A stretch of DNA of 64,000 bases from Macrostomum lignano. Taxonomy: Eukaryota. Numbering within the stretch: the stretch's first letter is position 1; each line of letters opens with the position of its first letter. The stretch is from the NCBI GenBank assembly GCA_002269645.1, contig NIVC01003668.1:1-64000 (forward strand), given 5' to 3'. Shown here in pieces: positions 44,520 to 55,400 of the stretch. The position numbers were made by a program, and so were the translations under genes. The notes beneath the pieces were generated by a model, which made no database searches, was not told where the DNA came from, and saw nothing but the letters and a program-made list of their open reading frames with translations.

Positions 44520-45980
44520 CATACAGGGAATTGCTGAGATGTCAAATCTTACAGGGGGAATTGCTGAGATGTCAAAGCTTACAGGGGGAATTGCTGAGAT
44601 GTCAAAGCTTACAGGGGGAATTGCTGAGATATCAAAGCTTACAGGGGGAATTGCTAAGATATTGTAGTGATCCGCTAGTTGATGCTAGGCGTCCCACTTT
44701 GTCAGCAGTCTCCCTCGCCCTCGCCCTGGGTTGCTGTCTGCCTCTGGTCAGCTTCCCACCTCCCTTGGCCCGTCTGTTGCTGCCCCTGGCCTGTTCTGCC
44801 CTTCTGCGTCTCCGTTCTCAGCCCCCAGTCTCTCGACTGTGGGCTGTCTCTGTTTCGCTTCCGTCCCGTTTTTCCCTGTCTTGTGAGCAAGTCACATGAC
44901 AGTTCTTGCGTTCTTTGAGTCTTAAAGTGCAGTACACATGTTTACTGCACTCGCTGGCCCTGTTTACCGGGTGAGTCACATGCTTTCGGTCCCCTCCCTT
45001 CTCTAAGGAGAGGAGTGACTCATGTTGCTAAAAATAGCAACAGTCACAGACATGTGTACTCTGCCGGGGGACCCTCAAGTGACGTCAGTTCTAAAAATAG
45101 AACAAGTCACGAGGTCTTCCGTGCGCTAGAACCCTGCCCGAGATGCTCAAGTGACGTCAGTTCTAAAAATAGAACAAGTCACGAGATCTTGTAAGCGGGT
45201 GTTTCCTGGCTATAAATAGGACCCCCCTCCCCCTTGTTTCCGTCAAGGAGTCTAGTTCTTCCCGAGATCATGAGTTCTAATTCCGTGTGACTACGTCCCG
45301 AGTGTCTGAGTCTCTGCGTACATTGAGTCTGTTCTTATTGGTCTGACTGAGACCCGACTAAAGCCAACCCGAGCCTACGAGAGGCTAACTTAGCCCTCCC
45401 TTTATCACCCAAGCCCGGCAGGTACTGCTGACGAGACGCCTAGTACGTTGAGCTGCAAATCTGCACTTGGTGCTGTGTTCGTTGACTTCGTTATTTCGTT
45501 CCGACGGGAAGCTCACCTCACCGAAGGCCGAGACCTGAAGGAACTGGTGGCAGCACTACCTACGCTACTAAAAGTTAAGAAGGCTTCTGAGTAAGAGGAC
45601 GGAGCCCAAGTCACTGCGCTGTACAGCAGGACAACCACAGGTACAACAATATCAAAGCTTACAGGGGAATTGCTGAGATGTCAAGGCTTACAGGGGAATT
45701 GCTGAGATGTCAAGGCTTACAGGGGAATTGCTGAGATGTCAAGGCTTAGAGGGGAATTGCTGAGATGTCAAGGCTTACAGGGGAATTGCTGAGATGTCAA
45801 GGCTTACAGGGGGAATTGCTGAGATGTCAAGGCTTACAGTGGATAATTGCTGAGATCTCAAGGCTTATGGGGATAATTGGTAAGATGTCAAGGCTTACAG
45901 GGGAATTGCTGAGATCTCAAAGCTTAAAGGAGAATTGCTAAGATGTCAAAGCTTACAGGGATAATTGCTAAGATATCAAA
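44520..45980. repeat. 29/30-bp minisatellite split by a solo LTR
   Basis: ACAGGGGGAATTGCTGAGATGTCAAAGCTT at 44520-44662 and 45649-45980. Confidence 0.95.
44663..45648 (+). mobile_element. Solo LTR (986 bp), a subfamily of the LTRs at 49926 and 58190, in opposite orientation
   Basis: TGTAGTG...TACAACA ends, 4-bp TSD ATAT (44659-62, 45649-52), clear homology to the reverse complement of 49926-50921 except the last ~80-100 bp, TATA box at 45211-45218. Confidence 0.93.
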
Positions 45981-46211
45981 GTTTATTTGGGTACTTAATG
46001 AGTTGTTAGGGCTCTTGGGGTGCTAAGATTTCAAGACTCATAAAGGGAATCATTGAAAGTTTATGGTTCATGGGTTTTTTGAGAAGTTAAAGGTTCAATA
46101 GGGAGTTTTTGATAGTTCAAGCATCAAAGAGGGTGCTAGAGTTAATCTATGGCTTAAAAGGGAAGCTTTGATGCCAAAGCTAAAAGGAGTGCTAATATCT
46201 TAGGCTTAGAT

Positions 46212-46738
<527 letters not shown>

Positions 46739-47662
46739 GGCTAGATCTAGCTAGCTTTTAGGCTTGATTATATGGTTTGAAACTGAAAATTTATATCTTA
46801 TTTACACCTTGTATCTTTTGGTACTAGGTCAATAATATGATATATCTAGGCCTATATTGGCTGCTTTATAGCTATTTTAGGGCTAGAATAGGGCTAGATA
46901 TTAAAGACAATATGCTTCTAACAATTACCATAGTTAAATACTTATATGAGTTTAACTATTTTAGTATTACAATTCATGGTTCTACCAAAATGCTCAATCT
47001 ATGTGGTGGGTTTTTTCAAGAAAATAGAATGAAAAACAGAACATTCATATTTGCAGAATAATAAAAGTTTACATTTAATCTATATGCTATTTATAATAAC
47101 CTATAACTGTTTTGTTTGATAGCAATTAATCTAAAATAAACTAATTAGGCCTAAGCCCTAATTTAACTATCAATTAGCATTATTAACAAATTACTGATAA
47201 ATAGACAAGCAAAGTGGATATATTATAGTCTATATGACTATTATAGGTCTAGATTAAAATAAAAAAATAAAATTTAGTTTAGAATAATTAGGAATTTCAA
47301 TTATTCTGTCAAATATATTTTAATTTTAAATCTAATCAAATTAAATCAGTTCAAAATTTCATATTGTTATTAGGCCCCTATCTTTAGGCAGATTAAAATA
47401 AAAAATTATAACATTTACAAAAATAAAAAGCTTAGTTAGATTTTTTAATTTAACAGTAGGCCTAGAAAAAGTATAGGACAAGGTCAAAAAGTCATTATAA
47501 AGTGCAAATCTATAGTCGGTTAGAAATTTATATAGATTAATTCCAATTACATGACCAACTTTCGAAAATAGGTGTGTGTTAGCAATTATTCTGACAAGTG
47601 TTCAGAGATATAGGTCGGGCCTATCAGGCTATCACTCACTAGGGCCTAATGGTAAAAATAAA

Positions 47663-48318
47663 GGCAGTGCTTATCCCCACGGTACCGTAGGAATAATTTC
47701 TGTCTTATTCCAACGGTACCGTGCGAATAATTTTCTGCTTATCCGCACGGCACACTGAGGAGATAGCTGCCCTATCTTCTACATATGCCGTGCGAATAAT
47801 TTTCTGCTTATCCGCACGGCACACTAACGAGATAGCTGCCCTATCTTCTACATATGCCGTGGGAAGTTTAGTACATACGATTTGAGTGCAGTATAACAAC
47901 TTTGTTGAATTATTGTTGGATAAGTATACAGAAGGGTATCAGTAAAGCAGAATAACACGCATTTACACATGCATATACTAGTCTAGAACTGATTCGAGTT
48001 TATACATCAAGATCAACAGCTTCTTAGTATCCTCAGTTCAAATTCCCTTTCAATAAGCTATAAAGTTCTATTCACGCACAGCATATTGTAGCAGATAGGG
48101 CAGCTAGTAAAGCAGAGGGAATAAAACAGAGGACGTGTAGGGCAGCTATCTCGTCAGTGTGCCGTGCGGATAAGCAGAAAATTATTCGCACGGCATATGT
48201 AGAAGATAGGGCAGCTATCTCCTCAGTGTGCCGTGCGGATAAGCAGAAAATTATTCGCACGGTACCGTTGGAATAAGACAGAAATTATTCCTACGGTACC
48301 GTGGGGATAAGCACTGCC
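47663..48318. mobile_element. Non-autonomous foldback / Mutator-like element with ~190-bp modular TIRs
   Basis: GGCAGTGCTTATCCCCACGGTACCGT...ACGGTACCGTGGGGATAAGCACTGCC. The arms contain tandem ~70-bp modules. Flanking 9-mers are AAAAATAAA and AAAAAGAAA (one mismatch). Confidence 0.8.
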
Positions 48319-49925
48319 AAAAAGAAAAATTTCCAATAACTCGAAAACTGACTGAGTTACCCCCCTTACTGACTGGTGTAAGTTACTGTAAATGGCTGCA
48401 ACTGGCCAAAAAATAGCAAGCCTATAATACTAAATATTGATATAATATAAGCTAACGAGAACGACTTAGCCTACGACCTATGACCTATGCTAAGTCTATG
48501 ATTTGTTTCTTTGACTAGGCCTATCCATGAAAACTTTTGAATACAGAAAGCCATGCGTATCGCGACATATTCTCTACTTTATTAGGCCTACACTCGAATC
48601 TTATAGTTATAGGCCTAGGGCCTACTCCAATTAGAAATAGATTAATTAGCATAAAAAATGACAATTTTATGGTGTTAGGCCTTTTTATGTATTTTAAGTT
48701 CTAATGCAATGCAAACTCTACCTTTTGAGTTTAGACCTACATTTATAATCATAGCTAGGGAGACACAGACTAACACAGAGACAGAGTCAGACAAGCCTAA
48801 GCCTAAGCTAAGGCATTTCAACCTTTGTCTAGGGTCTAGCCTCGGTTAGGCCTGCTGCCTAAAGCTATAGCCTGGGACTCTAGAGAAATTGTAGGACTTA
48901 ATGTCAAAACTGAACTTGTCAACTAATTGTCCTTATGACACTTATTTATGGTAGTATAATTATAAATTGTTAGGCCTATATAAAGCAAGAGGATAATAAT
49001 TAGGGATTTTTTATTTTTGACTTTACTTTTATTAGTCTAAGTTGACATAACATTCCCAATTATTCTCTTGCTCATTCCCCCTTATCTAAAATTCAACTTT
49101 TGTCACTGGCACTGCCAAATCCAGGTTCCTAGGCCCTAGGCCTACCTAGTGACATTGCAAACAAAATGTTATGTCAAATCATTTGTGTAGGTCTATATAG
49201 GTTACTTGGGCTCCACTTAATGAGCTTAAATTGACAAGCCCTTTGTAATTGCAATTTTGGTCCCAACTAGGCCTAAGCCCTACTTTTATTCATGTAAAAT
49301 TATTATATTATATTGATATAAAGTAAATAGCTTATATTAAACTAAATAAACTAATATTCCTTTATGAATTGATCTTAATGACTTTATTCAGATAAAAAGG
49401 TTGATATATTTGAATTCAAGCAAGGTTAGAAAAGTCATTGAAATTTTATTAAAACTTTATTAGCCTATTTTTTATTTAAAAAATAAGGCAATATAAATAT
49501 ATATCTTAGTGCCACTTTATACATAGGCCTACCCAACACCCATCTAACCCATCTGAACCAGATGGGTAAAATGGCCACCCACTAGCCAAGGTAAGTTGCA
49601 AAATTGAAAATGCAAAAAATGAAAAATTGGAAGAAAAAATAAAAGAAAAAAGGAAGGAAAAGAGAAAAAGAGGAGAGAGGAGAGAGAAAAAGAAAGAGAA
49701 TAAAGAAGAATAAGGCAAGAAAAGTCATATACAAAGTGAAAATTAAGTTGCAATTAAAAGAAACTAAATTATAATCAGGAGGAACTAAGTTGCAATCAGG
49801 AGGAACTAAGTTGCAATCTGGACAAAACTAAGTTGCACCAGATGGGTGAAATTTTGAAGTTGGACATGTATGGTGCATAGCCTTTGAATCAGATATACAA
49901 GAGCATGGATATATATATATATATA

Positions 49926-50921
49926 TGAAGTACAATGGGGTTTCTTCCCGGTTTCGGCCCTTGCGGATTACCTTCAGACTCGGGCCTCTTCAGTGGGAAG
50001 TTCTCTCAACTTTCTCAGTAGCGTAGGTAGTGCTGCCACCAGTTCCTTCAGGTCTCGGCCTTCGGTGAGGTGAGCTTCCCGTCGGAACGAAATAATGAAG
50101 TCAACGAACACAGCACGACGTGCAGATTTGCAGCTCACGTATAAGGCGTCTCGTCAGCAGCACCTGCCGGGCTTGGATGGTACAGGGAGGGCGGAGTTAG
50201 CCTCTCGTAAACTTGGGTTGGTTTTGGTCAGGTCTCAGTCGGAGCAATAGGAACAGAATCAATGTGCGCAAAGATTCGGACACTCGGGACTCAGTCACAC
50301 GCGGACGTAGAACTCGAGGTTGAACAGAAGGAAGACTCCTTGACGGAAACAAGGGGGAGAGGGCTCCTATTTATAGCCGGGAAATTCCCACGCTCCAGAC
50401 CTCGTGACTTGTTCTATTTTTAGAACTGACGTCACTCGAGAGTCTCAGGCAGGGTTCAAGCGCGCGGAAGACCTCGTGACTTGTTCTATTTTTAGAACTG
50501 ACGTCACTTGAGGGTCCCCGGCAGAGTACACATGGCTGTGACTCAGTTGCTATTTTTAGCAACATGAGTCACTCCTCTCCTTAGAAAAGGGAGGGGTCCG
50601 AAAGCATGTGACTCACCCGGTAAACAGGGCCAACGAGTGCAGTAAACATGTTTACTGCACTTTAAGACTCAAAGAACGCAAGAGCTGTCATGTGACTTGC
50701 TCACAAGACAGGGAAAACAGGACGGGAGCGAAACAGAGACAGCCCACAGTCGAGAGACTGAGGGCTGAGAACGGAAACGCAGCAGGGCGGAAAGGACACG
50801 GGGGCAACAGGCAAGCGAAAGGAGGGCGGGAAGCTGACCAGCGGCAGACAGCAACCCAAAGGGAGGGCGAGGGAACGGCTGACAAGGGTGACGCCTAGCC
50901 ATAAACTAGCGGCTCACTACA
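49926..50921 (-). repeat. 3' LTR of copy A
   Basis: Direct repeat of 58190-59185 at offset 8264; abuts an (AT)n run at 49909-49925. Confidence 0.96.
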
Positions 50922-51565
50922 CTCTCCCCGTTCAAATAAAGAGGCGGAGTGAAGGCGGAGCGCGCCTTTATTTAAAAAGGTAAACTGCAGAAAATAAAAT
51001 TTTGATTGGCAAAAAGGTGGTAACTTTGGCAGAATAGCAGAGAAGGGGCTGGGTTAGGCCCATGATTGAAACCCTAAACGCGTGTGCGGGGGCGCCTGCC
51101 CGCTTGAAGTCAGCGCCTAAATACCGGGTTGCACAAATAACTGCAGCGCCCGTAAAAAGGATGGCAAATACCGGTAATGGGACAAAAGAAGCCACAGTGG
51201 GCTATAAAAGCGCGGCTGGGCGGGGCCGTAGCTCGTACTACCGCCCCATACGGTATTAATGGAGTCATACCAAAGCATGAAGGGGGGCGCCAGCCCCATG
51301 ATACGCAAGAGGCGCCTAAATATGGGGGATGCGGGAGTTCATGCAGAGCCCCGGGGGAAAAAGGCAAAAGACTGGCCACAAGGGCACAAATGGTTGATGC
51401 CGAAAATGAGCACAAAGGACAAATGCCGCTCATATACGAAGAGGGGAAGTAAACGGCGCGACTGCGCAAAAATTCGCACGTGCAGCGCAGGGCTGCTGAG
51501 GGCGCTAGCAAAAGGGCGCGACGAAAATTGGAGTCACCTGGGGTTTGTCAGTCCAGGGTTTAAAG

Positions 51566-52411
51566 TTACTCTTGCCGGTCACAGTGGCGCACGAGATCCG
51601 GGACCTCCGGCGTCCGACCCGCCATCTGGGCCGCAATTAGCCGGGCGACGACGCGGGCCGTCTCGGGATGCGGCGGACGTCTGAGCGTCGGTGCTGCGAG
51701 CTGGGCGGCCTCGTCCATTAGTCGCTGCCGATCCTCATCCATAAGGGCGCGGAGACAGGCCCATCGCGGCCAGTCCGCGAGGGTTGGCAGTCGGTTCAAT
51801 TGGGCGGCAGCAGTCAGCTGTTGGGCGATAAAATACACCGCCTCAATATAGCGGTTAACGGCAGCTTGAACAGCTGGCGAAAGGCCCGGTGGCGACGATC
51901 CGTTGTCCTCGGACTCATTGTCTGATGAGTCTGGGTCGCGTGGCTCCGGCGAGTTGGGCGGTGCCGGAGGGACTGCGTTGTTTGTAGGCAGGGCCTGTCG
52001 CAGCTCGGTGGTTAGCTCCTGCAGGGTGGTCGCCTCCGAATTGTTGCCGTCAGTCTGGCAGGCGGCCTCTACTCTGCCTGGGGCCACGGGGTTCTCTGGC
52101 TCGGGAACAGTTGGCAGCCAGACTTGGTCGTCGCGGGGCGGTGAAGCCGGTTCCAGTCGGAGCTCTGGCCCCGCTATTCTGCAAAGAAAAACTGAGTTGG
52201 GGGCGGGCTGCGCCGACGGTTTGCTGGCGTCATCCGACGACTCTGGCCGGGCGTCCCGAGTTTCGATCTTAGTCGATGTTGGCGTCGGCTGCCGGGGCGC
52301 GAGCTGTTGTCGAAGCTCCGCTAGGCCTTCGGCGACGACTTCGGCGGCCGACCCACCGGCCGGTCGGTACTTAGTAGTCGGGCTTAGCCCCGGGGAGTCC
52401 GGCTCCGTCAA
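51566..52411 (-). CDS. Extra ORF (ORF3) after pol, 281+ aa, unknown function, not env-like
   Basis: Stop-free back to ~52710 in the +1 frame overlapping the pol end, with no early ATG. Pro/Ser/acidic N-terminal half and predicted helical C-terminal half. Intact in both copies. Confidence 0.55.
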   Translation of the reverse strand: MTEPDSPGLSPTTKYRPAGGSAAEVVAEGLAELRQQLAPRQPTPTSTKIETRDARPESSDDASKPSAQPAPNSVFLCRIAGPELRLEPASPPRDDQVWLPTVPEPENPVAPGRVEAACQTDGNNSEATTLQELTTELRQALPTNNAVPPAPPNSPEPRDPDSSDNESEDNGSSPPGLSPAVQAAVNRYIEAVYFIAQQLTAAAQLNRLPTLADWPRWACLRALMDEDRQRLMDEAAQLAAPTLRRPPHPETARVVARLIAAQMAGRTPEVPDLVRHCDRQE

Positions 52412-52412
52412 G

Positions 52413-55400
52413 TCAATGAAGACGGGCGTCGGCGGTCGGGGACGCTGGTGTCTCGCCCTTGGGCTCGACGACTTCGTATAAGGCTTTGCGAGGTCGATGA
52501 AATTTCGCCGCTTCGTCCGGTTTGAGCACCGGGTTGTTGAGGAAGACCAGATCGCCGGGTTGGAGCTTCTTGGCGGCGGGCAGGTTCGAGTAGTGCTCGT
52601 CTCGCAGTTGTTGGTGCAGGTGCAGGCGCTCCTTGGCCAGCTCAGTCGCCTCGTCCAGGCGACACTGGAAGTCTTTGACGTAGTCGGGCAGATCGGCGTA
52701 CTCAGGCAGCTTCTTCAGCGCGTTGTCGATCGGGAGTCGGAAGTCACGGCTGAACACCAGGTAGTGAGGCGTGAAACCTGTCACCGGGTGGACGCTGGAG
52801 CGGAGAGCCATCAGGCAGGCTGGGAGGTAGGTATCCCAGTCGTTGTGGTTGCGCTCAAGCAGACAGGTGAGGACCTTCTTCAGTTGTTTGTTCAGATTCT
52901 CGACTTGTCCATTGGAAGCTGGGTTGTATGGTGTTGTTGTCGTATGCCGAATGCCAAACAGGTCGCAGAACTTCTTGAAGGCCGAACCGGTGAAGTTGGT
53001 GCCTTGGTCGGTGTGGATCCAGCATGGTACACCGAACTCGGGGATGAAGCGCTCCTGCAGAAGCTTGATGACTGTTTTGGCTTTCTGGTTTCTCATCGGG
53101 TAGGCGAATGGATACTTCGACGTCGCATCGCACAAGGTCAGGATGTAGCGGTTGCCGCTCTTGCTCTTCTGCGCGATTGGTCCTACTACATCACAGTGTA
53201 TTCTACCCAGAACTTCGCAAACTGGAAAGCTCTGGACCGGAACTCTCTCTCGCCGTCGCGATTTACTTTCAAGGCAGGTGCGGCACTTACTGATGAAGGT
53301 CTTGGTAGTACGGGCTAATCCGGGTCTCCAGAACCGTTCTCGTAGCCGCAGTAACGTCTTCGTCTCGCCGAGGTGTCCACACAGTGGGGAACTGTGGAGC
53401 TCCTGGAGCACCTGGGCGTCAAGGGCCTCAGGCAGAACAACCTTGGGCGGCTGCTGTCCATCAGTCAGATCAATCAGCAGCAGGCCGTTGTCCTCCTGCA
53501 GGTTCTCGTAGTATCCGAGCAGATTCCGCTGCTCCTTAGTCAGTCGCAACCGGGCGTCGAACTCAGGCTTCGGGGCTTCGTTCTCGACCAGGTTGAGCAC
53601 GTAGCTGATGGCTCGGTCAGCGCGTTGGGCGTCAACGAACTGTTGGCGAGTCATCGGCAGCTTCAGAAAATCAGTGAGCACAGCGCGGCATGGCTGAGGG
53701 GTCATGACTCCCGCAGTCTCCGCTTTAATGGCTCCAGGTCGATCACACGGCACCGTCTTGTCGGCGTCAGGATTAGGTCGCTCCGAGGGACTTTGTCTCA
53801 CAACGTCGGCGTACGTCCGTTGATCTAGAATCGAAGTTCTCTTCATCGCTCTCATGACAGAAAAATCCGCAGATGGAGCAGCGCGCATGCCTCCACTGCA
53901 TAGCCCAGGCGACTCTTGGCTGTAGGGCGGGACGCAACACGTGAAGCACGCCTCGTCGCTGGCAGCCGTAGCCGTCGGCTCAATCGTAGTCAAAATTGGG
54001 TGAGTCTTCTCCAGCACTGGGCGGTGTCGCAAAGGGGGACTCGACTTTCCGCACAGGCGATGAGCAGCTGTCTGTCGGCCCGGGGGACAGAGCTTCGACC
54101 TTGCAGCTGGCGCGAGATTCTGGCCTCTGTCAACACGGCGAGAAATCTCAGCGAAAGGCTCAGTAGGGTTGTAGTTAAATTGCTTGCCTGGAGTTGCATT
54201 GCGGGCCGTCATCAGAAGGGCTGCTGGTGCGGTGGCCTTTGAATCTTGGTCCGTGGGCGTCTCCAGAGTCCGAGACCTGTAGTCTTGGGCGTCGTCAAGG
54301 AGGTCTGTGTCCACAGTGGCCTCAAGGTCTTCGTCCAGGTTGGTCTCCAAATTGCAGCGGGCGGCATGGGCATCGCGGCAGAGGGCTGTTGTCGCAGTGG
54401 CCTCTGGGTTGTCGTCCAGGCCGATCTCCAGGCGTTGACTGCAGCGGTGGGCGTCGTGCTGGAAGGCTGCTGGCGCGGTGGCTTCCAGGTCTTCGTCCAG
54501 GTCAGTCTCGGCCTCCAAGCAGCGAGATTGGACTGTCTTCTGGAGGGCTGCTCTGGCAGTGGCCTCGGGTGTCGGGTCCAAATCCGGTTCCAGGTCGTGG
54601 TCGTCACCGGGTCGGGCGGTAGAACCAGGTTGCTCTAGCAGTCGGCCATGCTCGAAGAAGATCGGCGGGCCCTCCGGTCTTCTTGACAGGGCATCAGCAT
54701 TGGCGTGGTCCTTGCCTTTGCGGTGGTTGAGCTGGAAGCGGAACTCGCTTAGGCGCTCGATCCAGCGGCCTAAAATACCTGTGGCCTGAGTTTGGTTCAG
54801 TAACCACAGTAAGGCCCGATGATCGGATCGAACTTCAAACTTCTTGCCGATTAAGTAATGACGGAAATGTCGCATAGCGTCCACAATTGCAAGCAGCTCT
54901 TTCTTCGTGACCGTGTAGCGCTTCTCAGGATCGCGAAGTTTACGGCTAAAGAATGCAATTGGACGTTCGACGCCGTCTGATTGCAGTTGTCCAAGACAAG
55001 CGCCTATTCGAATATCAGAGGCATCCGTGTCGAGGACAAACTTCACAGCAGGATCAGAATTAAATTCAGGCAGAGCGAGAACTTCAGTAGAACACAATTT
55101 CTTCTTCAAAGTGTCGAACGCGTGCTGATGCTCGGGAGTCCAATGCTGCCGCAGGCTGCCGATGTCCTTTCGCGTCAGGGCATGCAGCGGCGCAGCCACT
55201 CCAGCGTAGCCGTCGACAAACTTGTGGTAGTAATTGGCGAGGCCTAGGAATTGTCTCAGTTGAGTAACGGACTGTGGCACGGGCCAATCACGGATCTGCG
55301 CAATCTTGTCCTCACAGGTCTTCAGGCCGTCGGGAGTCACGACGTGACCTAAATAATGCAGCTCCTTGAGGAACAAATGACACTTCTTCGGTTTCACTTT

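Noticed and set aside
52497-55287. Numerous plus-strand and off-frame ORFs over pol (and their twins at 60761-63551)
   Set aside because: Antisense shadows of GC-rich coding sequence, duplicated only because the element is duplicated
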